Below are positions 9,786 to 18,406 of a DNA stretch of 64,000 nt, in pieces. The translations under genes and the position numbers were made by a program. Positions within the stretch are counted from its first letter, which is position 1. The number at the start of each line of letters is the position of its first letter. Location: contig JAFQUJ010000004.1 in assembly GCA_017408585.1 (NCBI GenBank), forward strand, positions 12,662 to 76,661, in the 5' to 3' direction. The stretch is from Clostridia bacterium (GTDB lineage Bacteria; Bacillota; Clostridia; Oscillospirales; CAG-272). The notes under the pieces were generated by a model. That model worked only from the letters and a program-made list of their open reading frames with translations, had not been told where the DNA came from and searched no databases.

Positions 9786-12368
9786 ATGGCAGAAAACAAT
9801 CACAACAATGGTCTCGATTATGAAAATATCGAGCAAATGATAGTAAATCGCAACATTGAGTCAAGAGTCAAGGAAGCGTTTCTTGAATACTCAATGAGCG
9901 TAATTGTATCCCGTGCGTTGCCAGATGTACGCGACGGAATGAAGCCCGGTCAAAGAAGAGTTATGTACGCTATGTACGAGGACAACCTCACCTCAGACAA
10001 GCCCTTTAGAAAATCGGCAACAACAGTTGGTAATGTGCTTGGTAGATACCATCCACACGGTGACCAAGCCGTATATGGAACAATGGTTCGTATGGCACAG
10101 CCCTTCTCACTTCGCCACCCCTTAGTTGACGGACACGGAAACTTCGGTAGCGTTGACGGAGACAGCGCAGCGGCTTACCGTTATACCGAGGCGAGAATGT
10201 CAAAGCTTGCAAACGAGCTTGTAGCCGACATTGAAAAGGATGTAGTAGATTTTGTTCCCAACTTTGACAACTCAAGAAAAGAGCCAACCGTGCTCCCATC
10301 AAGATTTCCTAATGTGCTTGTAAACGGAAGCGTTGGTATCGCGGTAGGTATGGCGACAAATATTCCACCTCACAATCTCGGCGAGGTAATTGATGGCACA
10401 ATCCATCTAATTGATAACCCCGAGGCAACGGTTGAGGAAATGATGGAATATGTAAAGGGCCCGGACTTCCCAACCTATGCAACAATATATGGCAAAAGAG
10501 GCATAATTGACGCCTATACAACAGGACGAGGCAGAGTCACCGTACGCTCAAAGGCAGAGTACGACGAGGAGCACCACAGAATTATCGTAACAGAAATTCC
10601 CTACATGGTAAATAAGAGTCAGCTAATCGAGAGAATGGCAGACCTTGTAAGAGATAAAAAGGTAGAGGGAATTACCAATATTGCCGACGAGAGTGGTCGT
10701 GCCGGAATGAGAATAGTAATCGAGTGCAGGCGTGATGCAAATCTTCAGGTAATACTCAATCAGCTATATAAGAATACACAGCTTCAAGACACTTGCGCCA
10801 TGAATATGCTCGTGCTTGTAAACGGAGAGCCAAAGACGCTGGGACTTCGTGAGATTTTAAGTGAGTATATCAAGTTTCAAATAGAGGTTGTAGAGAGAAG
10901 AACTCGCTTTGACCTAAGAAAAGCAGAGGCAGAGGCGCACATTTACGAGGGATATAAGATTGCAATCGACAATATCGACGAGGTAATCAATATCATTCGC
11001 TCAAGCGAGAGCCCCGCAACTGCAAAGGTAAGCCTACAAGAGAGGTTCTTGTTATCCGAAAAGCAGTCACAAGCTATTGTTGAAATGACCTTGGGCAAGC
11101 TCAGCGGAATGGAAAGACAAAAGATAGAGGACCGTCTTGAAAAGCTCCACGCAACAATTAAGGAGCTAACCGAAATCTTGGCAGACCCACAAAAAATTAA
11201 GGAAATCATTAAGAGTGAGCTTGCAGAAATCAAGAGAAAATACGCTGACGAGCGTCGCACAGAGATTGTCGATAGCGAGGACGAGATTGACCTTGAGGAC
11301 CTAATCGAGCGTCACGAATGTGTAATCACACTAACAAATTCGGGATATATCAAGAGAATACCGGCTGACACCTATGAGGCTCAGCACAGAGGCGGTAAGG
11401 GACTTATCGCAATGGGCACAAAGGAAGAGGACTTCATTGAAAATATCCTTGTTGCATCATCACACGCACACCTACTTATGTTTACCGATAATGGTAAGAT
11501 TTTCGTAAGAAAGGTTTATAGAATACCCGAAAGCTCAAGAACAGCTAAGGGCTCTAACCTAATCAACCTAATCGAGATTGAAAAGGGCGAAAAGGTTACT
11601 GCAATGGTAGCTCTTGACTCCTTCGAGGAGGACGAGTACCTCGTTATGATAACACGCAAGGGCGTAATTAAGCGCACACGCGTTATGGAATACGAGTATC
11701 AGCGTAAGGGTGGTAAGATTGCAATCAATCTCGACGAGGGCGACGAGCTAATCTTTGTTGCTCGCACCAAGGGCGATAGCGACATACTTATCGCATCAAG
11801 AAACGGTCAAGGCGTTCGCTTCAGCGAAAGCAAGGTATCAATAGTTGGTAGAACCGCAAGAGGCGTTCGTGGTATCGAGCTAAGAGGCGACGACGAGGTT
11901 TGCGGAGCAGTTATCGTTGACGAGAGCAAGTATCTACTCACCGTTACAGAAAACGGATTTGGAAAGCGTAGCTCATTCGATGACTTCGAGTCGAGAAATC
12001 GTGGAATATTCGGTGTTCGTGCGCATAACATTACCGATAAGACAGGCAGACTTGCAACAATCGGCGCAGTTACCGAGGACGAGGATATTATGGCAATCAC
12101 CGACGCAGGCGTTGTAATTAGAACTCATGTTGATGAAGTTCCTGTATATAATCGTAGTGCAAGCGGTGTTCGTGTAATGAGAATTGCCGAGGGCGCAAAG
12201 GTTGCAAAAATGACCTTCACATCAAGAGAAAATGAAGAGCCAAACGCAGAAAATGGCGAGGCTGAGGGCACTCCTGGCACAGAAAATGGCACACAGGGTG
12301 AGCCAAATGCACCACTAACCCCCGAGGACATTCCAACAGTCACCCCGGGCGCTGACGCAAACGAGTAA
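9786..12368 (+). CDS. gyrA: DNA gyrase subunit A
   Basis: 860 aa. The sequence [11 protein letters not shown] contains the catalytic Tyr region and HPHGDQAVY is QRDR-like. C-terminal beta-pinwheel repeats plus an acidic/low-complexity tail. Confidence 0.97.
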   Translation: MAENNHNNGLDYENIEQMIVNRNIESRVKEAFLEYSMSVIVSRALPDVRDGMKPGQRRVMYAMYEDNLTSDKPFRKSATTVGNVLGRYHPHGDQAVYGTMVRMAQPFSLRHPLVDGHGNFGSVDGDSAAAYRYTEARMSKLANELVADIEKDVVDFVPNFDNSRKEPTVLPSRFPNVLVNGSVGIAVGMATNIPPHNLGEVIDGTIHLIDNPEATVEEMMEYVKGPDFPTYATIYGKRGIIDAYTTGRGRVTVRSKAEYDEEHHRIIVTEIPYMVNKSQLIERMADLVRDKKVEGITNIADESGRAGMRIVIECRRDANLQVILNQLYKNTQLQDTCAMNMLVLVNGEPKTLGLREILSEYIKFQIEVVERRTRFDLRKAEAEAHIYEGYKIAIDNIDEVINIIRSSESPATAKVSLQERFLLSEKQSQAIVEMTLGKLSGMERQKIEDRLEKLHATIKELTEILADPQKIKEIIKSELAEIKRKYADERRTEIVDSEDEIDLEDLIERHECVITLTNSGYIKRIPADTYEAQHRGGKGLIAMGTKEEDFIENILVASSHAHLLMFTDNGKIFVRKVYRIPESSRTAKGSNLINLIEIEKGEKVTAMVALDSFEEDEYLVMITRKGVIKRTRVMEYEYQRKGGKIAINLDEGDELIFVARTKGDSDILIASRNGQGVRFSESKVSIVGRTARGVRGIELRGDDEVCGAVIVDESKYLLTVTENGFGKRSSFDDFESRNRGIFGVRAHNITDKTGRLATIGAVTEDEDIMAITDAGVVIRTHVDEVPVYNRSASGVRVMRIAEGAKVAKMTFTSRENEEPNAENGEAEGTPGTENGTQGEPNAPLTPEDIPTVTPGADANE

Positions 12369-12371
12369 GAC

Positions 12372-12932
12372 ATGAAAAGGCTTATAGTTTTAATATTAAC
12401 TCTTGCACTTTTGGCAAGCACGCTCGTGCTTGCCTCGTGTGCAGGGCAAAGCGAGGACGAGGCAAAGCAAATCGCCGGCGATTTGATGGAGCGCGCATAT
12501 GTTTTAAACGAGGCTTATTACGGAAAAGGGCTACCCTGTGACGAGAATGAGCATGTTGAGGGCGATTATTACTATGTTAGTGAGAGCGCCCCAATCAGAG
12601 TTAGAAATGACTTGATAGTGGAAACTAAGGCTGTCTTTTCAAATGCGATTGCATCAAGCCTTATATCAGTCTATCTAGATGGCACATCTAATATGGGCGT
12701 GGTAGTGTTCGCACGATACATCACAGGCCCAAGTGGCTATTTGACAGTCTATAAGGACTACGAGAATGTAGTCGAAAATGTTACAAAATACGATACATCT
12801 ACCATTGAAATTACAAAAAACTCGAAAAATAAGATAATTTTCTCAATAAAAACCACCGATGGTGCAAAATCCGCCGAGGTTACTCTTATAAGAGAAAATG
12901 ATAGCTGGAAAATAAATTCGCCAACATACTAA
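12372..12932 (+). CDS. lipoprotein, unknown function
   Basis: Signal peptide with lipobox LVLASC. Starts 3 nt after the gyrA stop. No confident family. Confidence 0.65.
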   Translation: MKRLIVLILTLALLASTLVLASCAGQSEDEAKQIAGDLMERAYVLNEAYYGKGLPCDENEHVEGDYYYVSESAPIRVRNDLIVETKAVFSNAIASSLISVYLDGTSNMGVVVFARYITGPSGYLTVYKDYENVVENVTKYDTSTIEITKNSKNKIIFSIKTTDGAKSAEVTLIRENDSWKINSPTY

Positions 12933-13100
12933 TTTTAGTGCGGATAAGTGACAGTCCAAGAACACGAGCGAAAGCGATGTGCGATTGGGTATTGGAACTT
13001 ATGCAAGGGAGTGCGGAGCACGAGTCGCAGTGCGGAATGAAATTGCTTCGTTAGTGTGTTGCAATTTTGACTATGCAAAAACGGGATATGTTAAATATTT
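12933..13100. repeat. dispersed intergenic repeat (related to 31110-31190 and, inverted, to 17178-17228)
   Basis: gataagtgacagtccaagaacacgagc… is the reverse complement of 17178-17228. …gagtgcggag…aaattgcttcgt(t/g)ag(t/a)gtg… is shared with 31125-31175. Confidence 0.7.
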
Positions 13101-13113
13101 TTTCATAGTATGG

Positions 13114-13152
13114 TTTCTTTTTGTTTTACTTTTTCTTCTCCTAAAGAAAAAG
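13114..13152 (+). repeat. Y-Y-R triad element (forward), 38 nt upstream of the recA ATG
   Basis: TTTCTTTTT-gtttta-CTTTTTCTTC-tcct-AAAGAAAAAG. Confidence 0.8.
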
Positions 13153-13189
13153 TAAAAAAGCAAAGGAAGTAAAGGAAGTGAGGTTTAAT

Positions 13190-14308
13190 ATGGCAAAAAA
13201 GACGACAAAAAAGAATGCGCCAACAGAAGCGACAGCGCCAAGCGCTGAGCAGAAGAAAAAGGCGTTGGAAACTGCGCTTGCGCAGATAAGAAAGAACAAC
13301 GGTGAGGGCTCGATTATCCGTCTGGGCGACGCTCCCGATATAAAGATAAGCGCAGTATCAACAGGCTCGCTCACGCTTGACCTAGCGCTAGGAGTAGGCG
13401 GACTTCCAAAGGGAAGAATTATAGAAATTTACGGTCCTGAATCATCAGGAAAAACAACGATAGCACTTCACGCAATAGCCGAGAGCCAAAAGCAAGGCGG
13501 AACGGCGGCGTTCATCGACGCAGAGCACGCGCTCGACCCTGTGTACGCAAAGGCGATAGGCGTAAACACCGATGACCTCTTAGTTTCACAGCCCGACAAC
13601 GGTGAGCAGGCGCTCGAGATTGCCGAGGCGCTAATCAACTCGGGAGCTGTTGATATTATCGTAATTGACTCAGTTGCAGCACTTGTTCCACAACAGGAAA
13701 TTGAGGGTGGAATGGGCGATAGCCACATGGGCGTTCAAGCAAGACTTATGTCACAGGCGCTTCGTAAGCTCGCAGGAGCAATCAATAAGACAAACTGTAT
13801 TCTAATTTTCATTAACCAATTAAGAAGCAAGATTGGCGTAATGTACGGAAACCCCGAAACCACAACAGGTGGTAATGCGCTCAAATTCTACGCGTCCGTG
13901 CGTATAGATATAAGGAAGAGCGAAACGCTCAAAAACGGAAGCGACGCATATGGAAACCGTGTAAAAGCCAAGGTTGTAAAGAACAAGGTTGCCCCACCAT
14001 TTAGAATAGCAGAGTTCGACATTTTGTACGGCATAGGAATTTCTAAGTCAACAGAGGTAATCGACCTCGCAATCGAGCTGGGAATAGTTGAAAAGAGTGG
14101 CTCATTCTTCACCTATGGAGATACCAAAATTCAAGGCAAGGATAAGACAAGAGCCTACTTTGAGGCAAATCCCGAATTAATGGACGAGCTTGAGGCAAAA
14201 ATCAAAGCAAAGCTTGCAAACATGGACGATGGTGACGCTCCATCGGGCGACGATGACGATTTTGGAGTAGGCGAGGACTTTGACTTGTCAGATCTTGGTC
14301 TAGACTAA
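13190..14308 (+). CDS. recA: recombinase RecA
   Basis: Trimmed to MAKKTTKK at 13190 (RBS aaaggaagtgagg). Walker [11 protein letters not shown]1/L2 regions, acidic C-terminal tail. Confidence 0.97.
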   Translation: MAKKTTKKNAPTEATAPSAEQKKKALETALAQIRKNNGEGSIIRLGDAPDIKISAVSTGSLTLDLALGVGGLPKGRIIEIYGPESSGKTTIALHAIAESQKQGGTAAFIDAEHALDPVYAKAIGVNTDDLLVSQPDNGEQALEIAEALINSGAVDIIVIDSVAALVPQQEIEGGMGDSHMGVQARLMSQALRKLAGAINKTNCILIFINQLRSKIGVMYGNPETTTGGNALKFYASVRIDIRKSETLKNGSDAYGNRVKAKVVKNKVAPPFRIAEFDILYGIGISKSTEVIDLAIELGIVEKSGSFFTYGDTKIQGKDKTRAYFEANPELMDELEAKIKAKLANMDDGDAPSGDDDDFGVGEDFDLSDLGLD

Positions 14309-14405
14309 TTTTAAAATGTCTAAAATCCATCAAGTGTAGTTGGACAGGGTTTTTCACAGGAACGCCCGAATTTTATCAAACATTATTCAGACTGATTTTA
14401 CAAAA

Positions 14406-14438
14406 TTTCTTTTTACCTTACTTTTTCAAAAGAAAAAG
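14406..14438 (+). repeat. Y-Y-R triad element (forward, shortened), 38 nt upstream of the recX ATG
   Basis: TTTCTTTTT-acctta-CTTTTTC-AAAAGAAAAAG. Confidence 0.7.
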
Positions 14439-14475
14439 CAAAGGTATATACAGCAAAGACAAATAAAGGAAGCTT

Positions 14476-15120
14476 ATGGAAAATAAAATTTACTATAAGA
14501 TAGAAAAAATCAAAAAAACGCCACAGGGTTACATTTTTTACATTACCTCTTCGCTTGGAACGAGCTTTGAAATGCCCGTTTCGCCCGATCAATATGATCG
14601 TTTCGATCTCGAGGAGGGAGAAATTATTGACGATGCACACTTCTTGAAGATAAGAGAGGAGCATCTCTTTGATAATGCGCGTCGTCACGCCTTTTCGATA
14701 CTTTCCTATGGCGAAAACAACAAAAAAATGCTTGCCACCAAGCTTCAAAGACAGGGCTTTTCAAGGGAGCTAAGCGAGAATGTAGCTCTCTACATGGAGC
14801 ATCGTGGCTACATTGACGAGAAAAAGCAAATGGGGCTTTTAATCGACACATACTTAAAGAAAAAGTTTGGCAGAATTAAGATTGTTGAGGAACTTATTTT
14901 AAAGGGCTATCGTCGTGACGAGGTGTCCGAGTATGTTAAGGGCGCGCTCACAGAGATAAATTTTGCCGAAAACTGTGCATGGATAATCGAGCACAAGTAT
15001 AATCCACTCCCAAAAGATCCAAACGAGATAAAGAAAATGATGACCGCACTCATGCGCTATGGCTATAACATAGGCGACATTAAGGAAGCGATTCGCATTT
15101 TCCAAGAGGGGCAGGCGTGA
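14476..15120 (+). CDS. recX: RecA regulator RecX
   Basis: 214 aa downstream of recA. Helical-repeat sequence (…ALYMEHRGYIDEKKQ…, …LMRYGYNIGDIKEAI) typical of RecX. Confidence 0.82.
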   Translation: MENKIYYKIEKIKKTPQGYIFYITSSLGTSFEMPVSPDQYDRFDLEEGEIIDDAHFLKIREEHLFDNARRHAFSILSYGENNKKMLATKLQRQGFSRELSENVALYMEHRGYIDEKKQMGLLIDTYLKKKFGRIKIVEELILKGYRRDEVSEYVKGALTEINFAENCAWIIEHKYNPLPKDPNEIKKMMTALMRYGYNIGDIKEAIRIFQEGQA

Positions 15121-16484
15121 TGGAAAACAGAGCACTAAGAATAGGCTTTGTGTCGCTTGGCTGTCCCAAAAATCAGCTCGACACAGAGGTCATGCTGGGT
15201 CATGTGGTAAACGCAGGCTACGAGGTTACCCCCGACGAAACGGAGGCGGACATTGTAATTATCAACACCTGCGCCTTTATCGGTGACGCCAAAAAGGAGT
15301 CAATTGACAACATTCTCGATATTGCATGGCTAAAGGAAAATAACAATCTAAGGGGAATTATCGTCACAGGGTGCTTGGCAGAGCGCTATCGTGACGAGGT
15401 TATGCGTGAGATGCCCGAGGTTGATGCTGTTCTCGGAACGGGAAGCATTCACAACATAATCGAGGCAATAAGGGCAGTAAGACGCAAGGAAAAATATTCG
15501 TCATTTGAGGACAAAAACGAGGTTGCGCTCGGTGGAGACAGAATAGTCACCACGGGCGACGCCATGGCATATTTGAAGATTGCCGAGGGCTGTGACAACC
15601 GTTGCACATATTGCGCCATTCCGTCAATTCGAGGCAAATTCCGCTCACGCCCCATGGACGATATCATAACTGAGGCAAGGGAGCTTGTCGAAGGCATTGG
15701 CATAAAGGAGCTTGTGGTTGTCGCACAGGATACAACTGCGTACGGAATAGACCTGTATGGCAGATATGCGCTCCCCGAGCTACTAAGACGCCTAGCGAAC
15801 GAAACCGATGTTGAATGGCTAAGAGTTTTGTATTGCTATCCCGATAAAATCACCGACGAGCTAATTCGTGAATTTAACGAAAACCCAAAGCTTGTCAAGT
15901 ACATTGATTTACCAATTCAGCACATAAGCTCGAAGATTTTAAAGCGCATGAATAGGCGTGGTGATGGCGCGCTCGTTCGTGATGTGATTTCTAAATTACG
16001 CACACACATCGAGGGCATTTCCATTCGCTCAACCGCTATCGTGGGCTTCCCCGGTGAAACAGACGAGGACTTCGAGGAGCTTTGCGCCTTTATAAAGGAA
16101 GCAAGATTTGAGCATTTTGGAGCGTTTACCTACTCACGCGAGGAGGGCACGCCTGCTCACGATTTTGCCGACCAAATAGATGACCAAATAAAGCAAGACA
16201 GATACGATATAATCATGGAGCATCAGCTCGGCATCGTCGAGGAAATGCAACAAAATAGAATAGGCGAAAAAATCAGCGTTCTAATCGAGGCATACGATCC
16301 TGTAAGCGAGGCATATTATGGCCATAGCGACAAGGACGCTCCCGATATCGACGGCAAGGTGTTTGTCCAAGCCAAAAAGGGAACACTTAGCGAGGGCGAT
16401 ATAGTTACGGTTGAGGTTATAGAGGCGCTGGAATACGACCTCATCGCTTCGGTCGTTGATGGCGGCGCTCTGCGTCGTTACTAA
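15120..16484 (+). CDS. rimO: ribosomal protein S12 methylthiotransferase RimO
   Basis: The ATG at 15120 overlaps the recX TGA. N-terminal MTTase domain (SLGCPKNQLDTE), radical SAM CxxxCxxC (CDNRCTYC), C-terminal TRAM. The last 9 codons are encoded by the first unit of the downstream tandem repeat. Confidence 0.88.
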   Translation: MENRALRIGFVSLGCPKNQLDTEVMLGHVVNAGYEVTPDETEADIVIINTCAFIGDAKKESIDNILDIAWLKENNNLRGIIVTGCLAERYRDEVMREMPEVDAVLGTGSIHNIIEAIRAVRRKEKYSSFEDKNEVALGGDRIVTTGDAMAYLKIAEGCDNRCTYCAIPSIRGKFRSRPMDDIITEARELVEGIGIKELVVVAQDTTAYGIDLYGRYALPELLRRLANETDVEWLRVLYCYPDKITDELIREFNENPKLVKYIDLPIQHISSKILKRMNRRGDGALVRDVISKLRTHIEGISIRSTAIVGFPGETDEDFEELCAFIKEARFEHFGAFTYSREEGTPAHDFADQIDDQIKQDRYDIIMEHQLGIVEEMQQNRIGEKISVLIEAYDPVSEAYYGHSDKDAPDIDGKVFVQAKKGTLSEGDIVTVEVIEALEYDLIASVVDGGALRRY

Positions 16485-17320
16485 CTACTCCCCCGACCTT
16501 AGCGTACACCCTAGTACGCTATCGCCCGTGGAAGTAGTAGAGCCTAGCACAGCTTGCCGTGAACGCCCGAAGTATAGGGGTTGATGCTAGCTAAATACTG
16601 CGTTACTAGCTTTTGCCACGACCTCAGCGTACGCCCTAGTACGCTATCGCCCGTGGCAAAATCAGAGCCTTGTCTTTAGCTGCCTGAACGCCCGAAGTGT
16701 AGGGGTTGATGGCGGCGCTCTGCGTCGTTACTAACTACTCCCCCGACCTTAGCGTACACCCTAGTACGCTATCGCCCGTGGAAGTAGTAGAGCCTTGTCT
16801 TTAGCTGCCTGAACGCCCGAAGTGTAGGGGTTGATGCTAGCTAAATACTGCGTTACTAGCTTTTGCCACGACCTTGACTATAAGAACCTGACCTACCTGT
16901 TCTTGCGAACAGCCTGCTTTGCAGATAGTGAAAATCAAATAGAATTTTCACGGTCAGAACCTTGTTACTCATTACATTCGTAATAAAAAAAGATAGCCTT
17001 CGCCCGTGGCAAAATCAGAGCCTTGTCTTTAGCTGCCTGAACGCCCGAAGTGTAGGGGTTGATGGCGGCGCTCTGCGTCGTAACTCGTGAACCCCAAGGC
17101 TCACAAATTCGCCTCGAGGACCCCGAGAGCTCGCCCTACGACCTGCGACTCACTTCGTTCGCTTGCATAAGCTCCACTAGCCAATCGCACTTCGCCTTTG
17201 GCTCGTGTTCTTGGACTGTCGCTTATCAGCGTACACCCTAGTACGCTATCGCCCGTGGAAGCAGTAGAGCCTAGCTGAGCTTGCCCTGAACGACCGAAGT
17301 GTAGGGGTTGGTGGCTAATT
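16456..17320. repeat. tandem array of six junction-type (ACCTT / ATCGCC) structured units of ~125 nt, two carrying insertions
   Basis: Units begin with GTTGATG(G/C) at 16456, 16580, 16705, 16830 and 17058, and GTTGGTGG at 17306. Each ends …gaacgcccgaagtgtagggg. Two alternating subtypes. Units 4 and 5 carry insertions of about 100-125 nt in place of or next to the inner hairpin. Confidence 0.9.
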
Positions 17321-17353
17321 TTCGTTGCTATCTAAATTTATTTCATAGCATAG

Positions 17354-17395
17354 TTTCTTTTTTGGTAGCTTTTTTCTTTTGCTTAAAGAAAAAAG
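17354..17395 (+). repeat. Y-Y-R triad element (forward), 22 nt upstream of the pgsA ATG
   Basis: Identical core to the recF copy. Confidence 0.85.
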
Positions 17396-17416
17396 TACAA
17401 ACAGGAGGATATAATT

Positions 17417-17992
17417 ATGAATTTACCTAACAAGTTAACACTGCTAAGAGCGATACTTGTGCCTGTTTTCATGGCATGCATGCTCTATATTAAAAATCCG
17501 ACGGTATGTGCTATTGTGTCAGTTGTTGTTTTTGCGATAACAGCGCTAACAGATATGCTTGATGGAAAAATTGCGAGAAAGTACAACCTTGTGACCAATT
17601 TTGGCAAGTTTATGGACCCTCTCGCTGACAAGTTTATGGTTTTTGCAGCACTTTTAGTTATCACTGTAAAGAGCACAGGCGTGCTCCAGCAGGTAATGAT
17701 TTGGGCAAGTGCAATCGTGTTCTTGCGTGAGCTTGGCGTGACCTCAATTCGCCTAGTATGCGCAAATAGCGAGGTTGGCGTAGTTGCAGCAAGCTGGTTT
17801 GGCAAGTGCAAGACAGTTACCCAAATCGTCGCAATAATCGTGCTTATCCTAGAGCCTGTGGTTGTTTTACACCTAGTAAACACCTATTATATAGCATCAT
17901 ATGTCGCAGTAGGAGCTATGCTCATTATGACAATCGGTAGCGGAATTGACTATCTCAAAACCTACTGGGGCGTATTGACTAAAGAAAAATAA
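17417..17992 (+). CDS. pgsA: CDP-diacylglycerol--glycerol-3-phosphate 3-phosphatidyltransferase
   Basis: 191 aa membrane protein with the CDP-alcohol phosphatidyltransferase motif DMLDGKIARKYNLVTNFGKFMDPLADK. Confidence 0.9.
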   Translation: MNLPNKLTLLRAILVPVFMACMLYIKNPTVCAIVSVVVFAITALTDMLDGKIARKYNLVTNFGKFMDPLADKFMVFAALLVITVKSTGVLQQVMIWASAIVFLRELGVTSIRLVCANSEVGVVAASWFGKCKTVTQIVAIIVLILEPVVVLHLVNTYYIASYVAVGAMLIMTIGSGIDYLKTYWGVLTKEK

Positions 17993-18000
17993 TTTCGTGC

Positions 18001-18200
18001 GTTGATATCGTCGTTCTGCGTCGTAACTCGTGAACCCCAAGGCTCACAAATTCGCCTCGAGGACCCCGAGAGCTCGTCCTACGACCTGCGACTCACTTCG
18101 TTCGCTTACATAGGTAATTCTAACAAAAAGCAAGTTTTTTAGAATTACGATAGCTTGGACAGTTATCGTTAAGATAGCCATCGCCCGTAGTAAAACAATA
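18001..18200. repeat. junction-type element copy with insertion; its first ~110 nt repeat 17058-17168
   Basis: gttgat…ctgcgtcgtaactcgtgaaccccaaggctcacaaattcgcctcgaggaccccgagagctcg(c/t)cctacgacctgcgactcacttcgttcgctt lies on both sides of pgsA. Ends …gatagccatcgcccgtag. Confidence 0.85.
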
Positions 18201-18205
18201 CAATA

Positions 18206-18232
18206 AAAGGCAGTCATTGACTGCCTTTTCTG
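18206..18232 (+). terminator. rho-independent terminator-like hairpin
   Basis: aaggcagtc-att-gactgcctt followed by ttctgtt. Confidence 0.6.
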
Positions 18233-18249
18233 TTATCCCTTGATAATTT

Positions 18250-18265
18250 TGATATCATGATATCA
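18250..18265. promoter_or_regulatory. perfect 16-bp palindrome TGATATCATGATATCA (2 x TGATATCA), candidate operator upstream of the CotH gene
   Basis: Read directly from the sequence. The same 16-mer occurs at 46295-46310. Confidence 0.55.
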
Positions 18266-18406
18266 TTTTTGAGAGTGGAGAATGCGTTTTACAATTCATA
18301 GAGCGAAGCGAGAATTTTTGGCGTTCTCGGTTCACGCCGACAGGGTATTGATTTTTTAATATATATGTGTTAAAATAAAAAAGAAGAAGAAATAGGGGGT
18401 GAGCCA

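Noticed and set aside
17059-17241. ORF 17059..17241 (+) between rimO and pgsA.
   Set aside because: It lies inside a tandem repeat unit and its insertion. Part of the sequence recurs non-coding at 18001-18112, and there is no RBS.
16456-17320. The ~125-nt tandem units as integron attC sites or gene cassettes.
   Set aside because: Units are directly adjacent with no ORF cassettes. No intI integrase is present and the ends do not match the RYYYAAC/GTTRRRY cores.
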